From: an uncultured Candidatus Saccharibacteria bacterium | GTDB lineage: Bacteria > Patescibacteriota > Minisyncoccia > UBA6257 > 1-14-0-10-44-23 | NCBI GenBank assembly: GCA_964394435.1 | Contig: CAYMXN010000001.1 | Location: 235,928-299,927, forward strand | Reading direction: 5' to 3' | Length of the DNA stretch: 64,000 nt | Shown: one piece after another, positions 1 to 8,762 of the stretch | Layout of the letters: each line of letters opens with the position of its first letter | Numbering within the stretch: position 1 is the first letter of the stretch | Position numbers and translations under genes: made by a program | Notes under the pieces: generated by a model | The model's database searches: none | What the model was told of the DNA's origin: nothing | The model's input: the letters and a program-made list of their open reading frames with translations, nothing else

Positions 1-645
1 GAGCGCGTTCTTTCTTATGCGACTTCTGATCGCGCACTTTGCGTACCCTGCCGAGAGTCGATTGAGATTTTTGACGCACTCTGCTGCGCTTCCTGCCATG
101 CGCGTCTGGCGCAACAAAAGCCAATCTGCCACAAAGACCAACCCTACACACTGCTAGCGGCAAGTACGTATCAAAATCCAGCCCTCCAAAAGCTTATTTG
201 GCAGCTTAAGTATAAGAAACATACGATCGCAACCCATGAACTTGTTGAACTTATGTTTTGCGCGTACCAAAACGCTAATCTCACTGCCGAGAACTCGATT
301 TGCGTTCCGATTCCACTCCATCCAACTCGTCTACGCGAACGCGGATTTAATCAGGCGGCGCTGCTTGCGCAGCTTTTCGCAGCAAAAATTGGTACGAGCG
401 CGGTCGAGGCGCTTAGGCGTATAAAACAAACTGCATCACAAACCAAAATGCAGTCTGATGAACAGCGTACTGCAAATATGCTTGATTCCTTTAGTATCAT
501 TGCCCCAAATCTTATTGCTAATATGAACGTATTTCTTATTGATGATGTCGCAACCTCTGGTGCGACGCTCGCGGAAGCGGCAAAAATACTCAAAGCTGCT
601 GGTGCTCGAAGAGTTGTCGCCGTCGTGGCAGCTCGGGCGCGCTAA
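1..645 (+). CDS. comF: ComF-family phosphoribosyltransferase-domain protein (5' end off window)
   Basis: Frame 1 is open from nt 1 into the listed 253..645 ORF. N-terminal Cys pairs (CVPC, CCASC) and C-terminal PRTase motif VFLIDDVATSGATL. Confidence 0.75.
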   Translation, partial: ERVLSYATSDRALCVPCRESIEIFDALCCASCHARLAQQKPICHKDQPYTLLAASTYQNPALQKLIWQLKYKKHTIATHELVELMFCAYQNANLTAENSICVPIPLHPTRLRERGFNQAALLAQLFAAKIGTSAVEALRRIKQTASQTKMQSDEQRTANMLDSFSIIAPNLIANMNVFLIDDVATSGATLAEAAKILKAAGARRVVAVVAARAR

Positions 646-3275
646 GCTGTTTCGCGCTCGCGAAAAAGATACTTCGTGATCTCGATAAAAAGAATATTTA
701 CAATTCCAAATACGATCACGGCGACCACCCATGGTGCCGACAATGCTACGGTTCCAAATAAGCGCTGGAGTGGTGGGAAGTATACTGCTACGGTCATTAG
801 AACAATTCCAAATACTACGCTCATAACTAACGGCATATTTGAAAATGGGTTATAGCGGAAGATGCTCTTTGTGAGGCTGCGAACTGCGAAAATTAGGAAC
901 AAACTATAGGTTCCAAACGCGCTGAAAATAAATGTTTTTACGATTGCCGGATCAAATCCTCGATCAATAAGTCCGATATACACAATAAAGAGTAAGATAC
1001 TACTCACTAATCCGTTTACAAATAGCATAAAGCGCATCTCGCCTGTAAATAATCCGCGCGAAAGCTTGGCTGGCTGACGCTTAAATCCGTCGAGATGCTC
1101 TTCAAACGCGAGCGAGAGTCCCGGGAAGCTATCGGTGAAAAAGTTTACCCAAAGAATTTGCAATGCGGTAAGTGGCAATGGTATTCCGGCGATAATCGAA
1201 CCCCCGATTAGCAGAATTTCGTTAAAAATAGTTGAAGAAAGATATACGATTGCCCGACGAAGATTTTCAATGATTCTCCTTCCCTCTTTAATGGCGGCAA
1301 CAATAGTCTCGAAGTTGTCATCGAGCAAGATTAAATCAGCAACATCCTTTGCCACATCTGTACCCGAACCCATCGCGATTCCAATATCTGCCTGGCGCAA
1401 CCCTGGCGCATCGTTAATACCATCTCCATTCATTGCTACGATCTCACCCTTGCGCTGAAACGCCTTTGCGATACGCATCTTTCCTTCCGGACTGACGCGG
1501 GAAACAATTTTGAGACGCTTAAGCCGATGATCAAGCTCTCCATCGGTCAACTTATCAAGCTCGGTGCCCGCGATAACCTCGTCAAGCTCAATACTCATCC
1601 CTAACTCACGAGCGATCGCGATTGCTGTTCCTGCGTGGTCGCCCGTAACAATGACCGTGCGAATGCCGGCTTCGTGAACTTCCTGAATCGCTTGCGCAAC
1701 CCCCGGGCGGAGTGGATCTCTAAATGAAATAGTACCGAGTAGCGTTATGCCATTAAAATGCTTTTTATCATGAATATTTATTTGTCGGATATCTTCGATT
1801 TCGCGTATACCAACTGCGATGACGCGCTCACCTTTAGCCGCCATTTGATTTACCTCTTCAAGCAATCGCTCCTTCTCAAGCGCAGTTCCGGTCATAAATG
1901 GGATGAGCATTTCTGGCGCACCCAATACTGCGATTACATTAATGCACTTCCTGCTTCCTAAAAATCCAAACTGCTCACCACTTACCTGACACACTGATGC
2001 GGAGAACTTATCGCGTGAGTTAAATGGCAAGAAGTGCAAAGCGTTTTTCTCCTCTTTAAGCTGCGTAATAAGTACGCCGCGATTCGCTGCCTCTTTTGCA
2101 AGTGCTACCTCGAGCGGTTTACCGATTATTTTCCAGTTCTGAATATCATCGGTGGGATTTTCGACTGCGACATCGATATTGAGTAGTGCGGCCCGCAAGA
2201 GCATCTCTTCAGTCACCTTGCCCTTATTAAGAATCGCGATGGTTGAGAGTGAAAGCTTTGCTTGCGTAAGAGTTCCTGTTTTGTCGGTCAAAATAACCGT
2301 AGTACTTCCGAGCGTTTCGGCGGCCGAAAGACGACGTACTACCCCGTTTTTGCGCGCCAGCCGTTGAACACCAATCGCCAGAATTACCGTCATTACGATT
2401 GGTAATCCTTCAGGAACTGCGGCAACCAGTACAGCTACCGAGATAAGAAACGCTTCAAGCAGTGGAATCTCTGAAGCTCGGGCGACAAAAAATATTAACA
2501 CCGAAAATAAAATAATTACGGCGCTCGCCTGAACCGAAAGTTTTGCGAGTGCTTTTTGTAGCGGAGTCTGCTCTTCGGTAACAAACTCAACCGCCCGGGC
2601 GATTTTTCCAAGCTCGGTCTGCGAGCCAATCGCGGTTACTACCGCGTGACCAATACCTGCGGCAACCGTCGTACCGCTATAAATCATTGATTTACGATCA
2701 GCAAGTGGAATATCACGTGATACTGATTGCGGCGTTTTCTCTACCGGCATAGACTCGCCAGTGAGTATCGCCTGGTCGACGCTAATGTCATTAGCGTAAA
2801 TTAGCCGAGCGTCTGCGCACATCCTATCGCCCTGCGCCACATACATAATATCTCCGGGCACAAGCTGGTTCGCGGGAATCTCTTTCTCAACTCCCTGACG
2901 AAATACACGTACATTTTTAACAACATACTTTCGTAAATCGCTTAGCGCGGCTTCTGCTTTATTCTCCTGATAAAACCCAAGTGCCGCATTAATCAGTGCG
3001 GCAGCGAAAATAAACAGCGCGTCATTAAAATCCTTGAGCGCGAGCGTAATACCACCCGCGATAAGTAGCATAAAAATAAGCGGACTCTTGAACTGTTCAA
3101 GAAACAGCAAGATTTTTGCCGAACGATGACGCTGATCTATTTCGTTTCGCCCAAATACTTGCGCGCGCGTACGCGCCTCGCTCTCACTTAATCCGTCGGG
3201 CGTAGTCTCAAGCTCGCGCAGTGTGTCCGCGACCGACATTCCCCAAAATTGTTTTGCCGAGACTTCTTTGTGCAT
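642..3275 (-). CDS. Cation-transporting P-type ATPase (P2/Ca2+-Mg2+-like)
   Basis: 877 aa with DKTGTLT phosphorylation motif, PEGLP, TGDHAGTA and GDGINDAP motifs, and multiple TM segments. Confidence 0.9.
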   Translation of the reverse strand: MHKEVSAKQFWGMSVADTLRELETTPDGLSESEARTRAQVFGRNEIDQRHRSAKILLFLEQFKSPLIFMLLIAGGITLALKDFNDALFIFAAALINAALGFYQENKAEAALSDLRKYVVKNVRVFRQGVEKEIPANQLVPGDIMYVAQGDRMCADARLIYANDISVDQAILTGESMPVEKTPQSVSRDIPLADRKSMIYSGTTVAAGIGHAVVTAIGSQTELGKIARAVEFVTEEQTPLQKALAKLSVQASAVIILFSVLIFFVARASEIPLLEAFLISVAVLVAAVPEGLPIVMTVILAIGVQRLARKNGVVRRLSAAETLGSTTVILTDKTGTLTQAKLSLSTIAILNKGKVTEEMLLRAALLNIDVAVENPTDDIQNWKIIGKPLEVALAKEAANRGVLITQLKEEKNALHFLPFNSRDKFSASVCQVSGEQFGFLGSRKCINVIAVLGAPEMLIPFMTGTALEKERLLEEVNQMAAKGERVIAVGIREIEDIRQINIHDKKHFNGITLLGTISFRDPLRPGVAQAIQEVHEAGIRTVIVTGDHAGTAIAIARELGMSIELDEVIAGTELDKLTDGELDHRLKRLKIVSRVSPEGKMRIAKAFQRKGEIVAMNGDGINDAPGLRQADIGIAMGSGTDVAKDVADLILLDDNFETIVAAIKEGRRIIENLRRAIVYLSSTIFNEILLIGGSIIAGIPLPLTALQILWVNFFTDSFPGLSLAFEEHLDGFKRQPAKLSRGLFTGEMRFMLFVNGLVSSILLFIVYIGLIDRGFDPAIVKTFIFSAFGTYSLFLIFAVRSLTKSIFRYNPFSNMPLVMSVVFGIVLMTVAVYFPPLQRLFGTVALSAPWVVAVIVFGIVNILFIEITKYLFRERETA

Positions 3276-3553
3276 TGTGTATATATTTTACCTTACTTTT
3301 ATTTCTCGTGCTTATTTGTTGGGGATACTTGCAACTCCTGACTCAAACCGTTTAGGGTAAAGAAAGAACATCTCATACGCGGAGGTCCCCTTGAATAGCG
3401 AATCACCTACGGCGTTCAATCACGACAGGGAAATGTCTTGGTATAAGTGGCGTCCGACTCGTCGACACGTTCCTCGGTTTTGGCGTGAGCTACTGGATCG
3501 CTCGTACGGGGCACGAGCTTCGCCACGGTCACAGCCACCATCATCACCACAAA

Positions 3554-3595
3554 CCGCGCACCCCGTAAGGGATGCGCGGCCTTTTTATCATTTTC
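3554..3595 (+). terminator. Intrinsic terminator hairpin (GUAA tetraloop) with T-run
   Basis: ccgcgca/tgcgcgg stem plus ccc/ggg around loop gtaa, followed by cttttta...tttt on the + strand. Confidence 0.6.
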
Positions 3596-3619
3596 CTTCG
3601 AATCTCTAATTCTCAGGAC

Positions 3620-3817
3620 CTAGCGGCCAAGCATTTTCTTTACCTCATCACGACTTACTAAGTCTCGCTTAGCAATCTCGGAAGCGACTGCTTTTTGAAT
3701 CATCTCTTCCATTTGCTTCTGATAGTTTTGCGCCTGACCCATTAAGTCTTTCATCTGCTCTGGCGACATATTTTTCATCATATCTTTGGCCGCCTTCATA
3801 TTGTCAAAAAATCCCAT
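3620..3817 (-). CDS. Small Met/Lys/Gln-rich hypothetical protein (65 aa)
   Basis: ORF track only; helical low-complexity sequence with no recognised family. Confidence 0.45.
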   Translation of the reverse strand: MGFFDNMKAAKDMMKNMSPEQMKDLMGQAQNYQKQMEEMIQKAVASEIAKRDLVSRDEVKKMLGR

Positions 3818-3948
3818 ATTTTTTATGTATTAATTTTTACTCAAACAAGTATACGAAAATTTCTGAAAAAGTGAAATCGTTTATTCATCTTGCCCTTGAC
3901 GGGAAAAAAGAATAGTATAGAAACACCTTTATTAACCCTTAATTACCT

Positions 3949-5052
3949 ATGAAATTATCACATTCAGCCATTAGCCTGGCGGTACTCGGAAGCGTTTTAT
4001 TCGCCCCTATCTCGTCTGCCCTGGCCCAGGAAGCGATCACCCAAGGAACGGCCCGCCTTACCTTTACTACGCTAACTAAAGCGGGATTTCCTGAACAAGA
4101 CGTGTTTATCGGTGGACCGACGAGCGCCAATCCAAACACCCTAAATGAACAGGTAGTCCGCGTGTTTGGCGCTGATGCGAAAAACCCGGTTAACCTTGTT
4201 AAAACTATTTTCCGCAGCGAACAACCAGCGCCGCACGACTTAGCGCGCACGGGAGGTACTCCACTTGGGCCATTTGCACGCGGCAAAACACTCGATACCG
4301 CACTCCAGGCTTGGCTCAATGCGAAGGGCTCTGCCTCGTATACTATTCTCGGAGGTGGTTCTTCGCTCAATGCTGCGTTTGAAAACTTGATGCCGAACGC
4401 GCTTTATTCGCTTTGGTGCAACCGGTACACCGTCGGAGCTGCTGACTTTGTCGTCTCCCCTTGTCTACGCGGCGACGGATCGATGATTACCTTTACGACT
4501 GATCCAGGAGGAACTGCTACACTCTCGGCCTCATTTCCAACTGTAGCTCCGACTGGAAACTCAACGAAGTCTGTTTTTGCTTTGGTTTATCACAGCAATG
4601 GAAAAACCAATGGAAGCACTCCAGGCGAGTACGGCGTAACTGCGCACACCCACCTTATCGCCTTCTTGCCAACGAAGTCTGAAAATGCCGAGCAGCAGAA
4701 GTCGGACAGCGCACTCGCCCAAGCGGCGTGTATCGCCAACGCAGGAGAGGCGCGCGACTTAGCAATCTTAGAGACGTTTAAAAAGTACCACCTCGCACTC
4801 GAAGACGCCCTCCTCGCCCGTACTAAAGCTCTGAAGGCGGCGTGGAACATCACGACTAACACTGCCGAACGTAAGCTGGCGGTAAAAGCTGCGGCGAGCG
4901 CGTTTAATGACGCGGTGCGTAAGTCATGGAAAGATTTGAGTGAGAAGCGAAATGGAGCGTGGAAGACGTTCCGCTCTGAACAGAAAAAGTGTAATGCGGT
5001 TGAAAAATACGACAGCGAGTTTATCAACGAAGCATTTGACGCGAAGCTTTAA
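3949..5052 (+). CDS. Secreted hypothetical protein
   Basis: N-terminal signal peptide (MKLSHSAISLAVLGSVLFAPISSALAQEA). Followed by a strong terminator at 5057-5092. Confidence 0.7.
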   Translation: MKLSHSAISLAVLGSVLFAPISSALAQEAITQGTARLTFTTLTKAGFPEQDVFIGGPTSANPNTLNEQVVRVFGADAKNPVNLVKTIFRSEQPAPHDLARTGGTPLGPFARGKTLDTALQAWLNAKGSASYTILGGGSSLNAAFENLMPNALYSLWCNRYTVGAADFVVSPCLRGDGSMITFTTDPGGTATLSASFPTVAPTGNSTKSVFALVYHSNGKTNGSTPGEYGVTAHTHLIAFLPTKSENAEQQKSDSALAQAACIANAGEARDLAILETFKKYHLALEDALLARTKALKAAWNITTNTAERKLAVKAAASAFNDAVRKSWKDLSEKRNGAWKTFRSEQKKCNAVEKYDSEFINEAFDAKL

Positions 5053-5056
5053 CAAC

Positions 5057-5092
5057 AAAAAAACCGCTCTCATCTCGAGAGCGGTTTTTTTA
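5057..5092. terminator. Bidirectional intrinsic terminator
   Basis: aaaaaaaccgctctc-atctc-gagagcggttttttt; A-run and T-run flank an 8-bp GC stem between convergent genes. Confidence 0.8.
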
Positions 5093-5093
5093 T

Positions 5094-5630
5094 TTATCGT
5101 ACGATGGTTGTTAAGTCGATTTCACTTAGGCGGTTAAACGGTTCCGGCTGACTCTCTTCTTCGGCAACCGTACGTACGCGTGCGATTACTACATTATCCT
5201 GACGAATCACACTGAACTGTTCGCCAATTCCCGCGAACCAACACTGGGCGTAACCAAGTGAGGTCGCTCCTTTTGGCAGCACATCATCAGCTGGGGCGGC
5301 AACTTCTACGCACGAACCCTGATAGACACCGAGGCGATATGGCAAAACCGTAATTTGTCTGCCGTCTGGGCGATACACACCAGTGAGTTGAATACGAACC
5401 TTGGTATTTGGCGTGCCGTAGGCTCCTTCGGCTTGCGGCTCAAACAGCCACTGCACCTTATCAACACGATAGAGCTCACTGGTCGCTACGGTCGTTGAGG
5501 CGCTCTCTTGCTTTTGCTCTACTTCGCCGCCTATCGCGCCATCTTTTGGTCCGGAAAAAACTCCGTACAATACCAACGCAACACCAACTATCAGAATCAA
5601 CGGTACGAGATTGATAATAATCTTTTTCAT
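5094..5630 (-). CDS. Membrane-anchored hypothetical protein
   Basis: N-terminal TM helix (IINLVPLILIVGVALVLYGVF). Tightly follows the thioredoxin-like gene. Confidence 0.65.
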   Translation of the reverse strand: MKKIIINLVPLILIVGVALVLYGVFSGPKDGAIGGEVEQKQESASTTVATSELYRVDKVQWLFEPQAEGAYGTPNTKVRIQLTGVYRPDGRQITVLPYRLGVYQGSCVEVAAPADDVLPKGATSLGYAQCWFAGIGEQFSVIRQDNVVIARVRTVAEEESQPEPFNRLSEIDLTTIVR

Positions 5631-5631
5631 A

Positions 5632-5889
5632 CTATTTTACTCCAGCCCAATTTTTAACGTCTTCATAGCTCACCTCTCCACAAATCGTACTTCCGGTTTC
5701 GGTATTGATATAAAACGGAACGCCGCCGCACTTACCCTGATCATAGCTCTCCATTTTCTTTGCATTCTCTTCGTTGTGCCAAACCTCAAACTTTTCTACT
5801 TTTACTCCCGTCTCTTTTTCGAGTTGCTCGATGAGTGGCTGCATACGTACGCAGTGCGGGCACTCTTTTCCATAAAATTCTAATAACAT
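5632..5889 (-). CDS. Thioredoxin-fold protein (CPHC active site)
   Basis: 85 aa with EFYGKECPHCVRM motif, typical of small thioredoxin/glutaredoxin-like proteins. Confidence 0.75.
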   Translation of the reverse strand: MLLEFYGKECPHCVRMQPLIEQLEKETGVKVEKFEVWHNEENAKKMESYDQGKCGGVPFYINTETGSTICGEVSYEDVKNWAGVK

Positions 5890-5989
5890 ATATGACTAAG
5901 ATATCATATAGTTTTTTGATTGCAAGATTCTTTTGGCTATTTTAAAAAATAAAACGCCCCAACCAATCGCTTGGTGGGGGCGGAAGAAC

Positions 5990-6118
5990 CTAGCGCCGAC
6001 GCCTGGCAAGCATCAACGCAGTCGCTTTGAGAAACTCGAAAGCGACCGGGGCGAGCGCCTCGATTCGCTTAAGCTCCTTGCGATACTCCACCGGATCAAC
6101 CGTGAAGATACGACCCAT
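5990..6118 (-). CDS. GC-rich 42-aa micro-ORF (MGRIFTVDPVEYRKELKRIEALAPVAFEFLKATALMLARRRR)
   Basis: Hand translation. AGGAGG lies 6 nt upstream of the ATG. 29 of 42 codons end in G/C. Stop is followed by hairpin cgcccccaccaa-gcga-ttggttggggcg plus T-run. Possible TTCACA-N18-TATAAC promoter. Confidence 0.45.
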   Translation of the reverse strand: MGRIFTVDPVEYRKELKRIEALAPVAFEFLKATALMLARRRR

Positions 6119-6185
6119 TCGACCCTCCTGGGGTATGAGAAATGACCTGCCTTGTTATACAACAGGCCTATGTCCACTGTGAAAA

Positions 6186-6593
6186 CTACGATTCGTCTGC
6201 GAGTTTGTTTACCGTAATCATTACCGTATCGGGAAGCCTAAATCCCCCAAGCAAAAACTGATACCCACCATCACTTATCGCGATACGCGTGACGCTTCCG
6301 AGTGAGATTTCTTTTGTTTGCGTGAAAGTCGATCCGCTCAAACGAAGATACGCGTTAACCTCTCCCGCCCAAATACACTGTACGTCTTTTGGACAGCGTG
6401 AGTCAGTTACCTGAATAAGCTCGATAGATAATCCATCTGGATACTGAACTGGTACGCCTTTCTCAATCTCAATTTTTGAACCATACTCAACCGTAGTTGG
6501 CTCTGGCAGCTTGTCTTTTTGAATACGAATCCAGGCGAATGCAGCGCCGGCAATTGCGAGAATAAGCAAGATGATTTCGATTTTTTTCTTCAT
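6186..6593 (-). CDS. Membrane-anchored hypothetical protein (DSRCPxDVxCIWAG motif)
   Basis: Trimmed from ORF 6186..6779 to the MKKKIEIILLILAIAGAAF signal-anchor start; the start could instead be 6602. The upstream extension overlaps the neighbouring gene. Confidence 0.6.
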   Translation of the reverse strand: MKKKIEIILLILAIAGAAFAWIRIQKDKLPEPTTVEYGSKIEIEKGVPVQYPDGLSIELIQVTDSRCPKDVQCIWAGEVNAYLRLSGSTFTQTKEISLGSVTRIAISDGGYQFLLGGFRLPDTVMITVNKLADES

Positions 6594-6672
6594 AGATAGC
6601 ATCAGTATATCATGCCGCTGATACTCAAAATAAAACCGCCCACATCGTTTCGACGTGGGCGGACTACGGGTA

Positions 6673-7515
6673 CTACTTTCGCCGCGGCGCAGGCAACTCC
6701 AACTCTCGTAGTGCTCGTTGCTGATATGCGACCGCTTCTGCGCGAAGCTGACCAGACGTAAGGCGAAATGGATGCCCAAAGAAGTAGCACAACGCAGACC
6801 TTAACCCGAAGCGCTTGATGACCGGGTATACGAGCCAGTGCCCACCGTTGTAGATGAGCGAGATGCGCATCGCCCTGTCGCTCCAACAACTCTCATCAAA
6901 CACTACTGGTATCAACCCGATGCTTGGCGAAACGTCTTCCGGGCCATCGCGTTCGACATACCGCGCGATACCTTCACAGAGCATATCGCTTGCTATCTCG
7001 TTTTGATGATCGCCCGATCCATAGCCAATACTCGGGAATGTGCCAAACCCCAGTCGGCGACTTAGTTGATCGGCAAGTGCGTGTGCGAGCTCGTGCGTAA
7101 TCGTATTACGAAGCTCGAGAGATAACTCTGGGTTGCTCTTATCTGGTTGATTTATGATGCAGTAGTCGAGCAAGCGACGATTTTCCCTGACGTGTTCGAA
7201 ATAGCCTGGGTTAAGCGTAAAGCCTTGCCGAGTTAGCTCATAGTGCGCGGCAAACGCAACCCCCTCAAGCGCTGGATGCGTTACGATCGGTATTTCAAAC
7301 TTAATCGTTGGCTTCCAGTGTTGATCAAACTCGATTCCGTACAGTTGCTCGATCGCCTGCATACGAGCCTCAAACGCCCGCTCAAATTGAGCGTACACAC
7401 TCAACTGTTCACCCGTCATTACTAATGATTGTGTCGCGCTCGCCCGAATTCTCTGACTACAACCCATTCCAAAGAACGCAAGGAGCGCCAATGAGACAAG
7501 CGTCTTTGATCGCAT
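6673..7515 (-). CDS. Putative lipoprotein zinc metalloprotease (HExxH)
   Basis: Lipobox LAFFGMGC, HELAHALADQ motif, AAGGGGTG SD before the ATG, and a terminator hairpin ccgcccacgtcgaaacgatgtgggcgg plus T-run downstream. Confidence 0.65.
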   Translation of the reverse strand: MRSKTLVSLALLAFFGMGCSQRIRASATQSLVMTGEQLSVYAQFERAFEARMQAIEQLYGIEFDQHWKPTIKFEIPIVTHPALEGVAFAAHYELTRQGFTLNPGYFEHVRENRRLLDYCIINQPDKSNPELSLELRNTITHELAHALADQLSRRLGFGTFPSIGYGSGDHQNEIASDMLCEGIARYVERDGPEDVSPSIGLIPVVFDESCWSDRAMRISLIYNGGHWLVYPVIKRFGLRSALCYFFGHPFRLTSGQLRAEAVAYQQRALRELELPAPRRK

Positions 7516-7605
7516 CGTACACCCCTTTTCTTAAGGACCTCAAGTATCGTATTCCTTCAACTTGTGCGTGTCAAAATGTCATATTTTATCACTATTTATG
7601 GGCTA

Positions 7606-7634
7606 TTGACATATATATGCTTATATGCTATAAT
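7606..7634 (+). promoter_or_regulatory. Consensus sigma70-type promoter with extended -10
   Basis: TTGACA (7606-7611), 17-nt spacer, TGcTATAAT (-10 at 7629-7634). The spacer contains the direct repeat tatatgc-t-tatatgc. Confidence 0.7.
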
Positions 7635-7749
7635 GTACCTTAGAAAGCTGGTAAGTGGGACGTTCCCCTTGCTTGAGCTTTAGATCTTTGAGAAGAACAA
7701 GTCTGTGCGCTAAGAACGCACATTACGAAAGAAAGGCTCGGTTACTCGA

Positions 7750-8691
7750 ATGACCATGCACCACGTTCGCGCCACGATCTGCTTCGTGTCCCCCGACAAC
7801 CAGTGGGGGTTCGCGGAGGTCGTCGACTCGGAGACGGGCGACAAGAAGACGTGGATGTGCCACCGTCTCGGCCGTCGCGACGCGTTCGCGACGCAGCAGG
7901 GTACGATCACCTACTCCGACGCGAAGATCGCGTTCGGTCCCTTCCCGCAGCACGGCGACGTCGTCGTCGTGCTGGCGGAGAGGGCTCCCCAGGAGGGCAA
8001 GCAGTACCCCCAGGCCGTGTGGACCACGGCCGAGCAGTACGACCCCTTCATCGAGATCGCCGCGGGCAACCGCGCCGCCTTCGCCGAGTACGCTCGTGAG
8101 CAGGAGCGGCTCGCCGCCAAGCGGGCGGAGCTCGAGCAGAAGCTCGCCACCCGGCGGGTGGAGCTCGAGCCCCAGGTCGGGCCGCTGCAGAAGCGGTTCG
8201 CGATCCAGGACCTGTCCCCCATCTTCAACCCCCTGAAGATGACCCGGGTCGTCGTCAAGGAGCTCGGCCGCGAGCAGATGCTCGCGGAGACCGAGGACGG
8301 CGTCAAGGTCGTCCTGCCCCTGAACGTCCAGCACCTCGTGGTGATCAACCCGCGCGGCCCGTCGATCACGGCGGCGCCGGCGGCGACGCCCCGGATGCTG
8401 GCGATCGGCGAGGTCGCGTACGTGCGCAGCGCGTACGTGAGCATCCTCGAGGAGGACGAGGACCTCGTCCTCAAGATCCAGGCGAACGCCTGGATCAGCC
8501 AGCTCCAGGCGGAGCGGGTGGTGATGACGGGCCTCACGAAGGCCCAGAACACCCTCGCCATGAAGGCGGTGGAGGCCGCGGACACCGAGCGTCAGCGGCA
8601 GGAGGCGATCGCGCGGTCGCACATCAAGGGGCCGAAGCTGTCGCCCCCGCCCAAGGGCGGCATGGCGAAGGCGCTCGCTCGCGGGCGCTAG
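7750..8691 (+). CDS. GC-rich hypothetical protein: N-terminal cold-shock/OB-like segment plus coiled coil
   Basis: 313 aa. ATICFVSPDNQWGFAEVVDSETGDKKTWMCH resembles the CSD pattern (GxVxWF..GFGFI...G.D.FVH). Central EQERLAAKRAELEQKLATRRVELE coiled coil. Sampled lines have 42-43/60 G+C. Has its own promoter and terminator. Confidence 0.7.
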   Translation: MTMHHVRATICFVSPDNQWGFAEVVDSETGDKKTWMCHRLGRRDAFATQQGTITYSDAKIAFGPFPQHGDVVVVLAERAPQEGKQYPQAVWTTAEQYDPFIEIAAGNRAAFAEYAREQERLAAKRAELEQKLATRRVELEPQVGPLQKRFAIQDLSPIFNPLKMTRVVVKELGREQMLAETEDGVKVVLPLNVQHLVVINPRGPSITAAPAATPRMLAIGEVAYVRSAYVSILEEDEDLVLKIQANAWISQLQAERVVMTGLTKAQNTLAMKAVEAADTERQRQEAIARSHIKGPKLSPPPKGGMAKALARGR

Positions 8692-8717
8692 CACGCACTA
8701 CCCCATCCTACGGGGTT

Positions 8718-8762
8718 GGCGCGGATGCAGATCGAAAGATCTTGTGTCCGCGCCTTTTTTAT
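8718..8762 (+). terminator. Intrinsic terminator of the GC-rich cassette
   Basis: ggcgcgga...tccgcgcc stem (inner gatc-gaaa-gatc) followed by ttttttt; abuts the stop of the convergent M23 gene. Confidence 0.75.

Noticed and set aside
3391-3609. 72-aa TTG-start ORF as a genuine gene
   Set aside because: The translation is R/P/S/W-rich with low third-position G+C in a GC-rich segment. It reads straight through the terminator hairpin. Reported as an unresolved island instead.
5933-6145. 70-aa + strand ORF in the thioredoxin-downstream spacer
   Set aside because: It has a non-ATG start and spans the terminator hairpin. The opposite-strand 42-aa ORF has SD, GC3 bias and terminator in the right order.
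7723-8694. 323-aa antisense ORF, plus 7911..8585 (-) and 7803..8099 (+), overlapping the 7750..8691 gene
   Set aside because: Long stop-free frames are expected on both strands at about 70% G+C. These translations are R/L/P/G/H low-complexity. The promoter, leader and terminator all support the + strand 313-aa frame.
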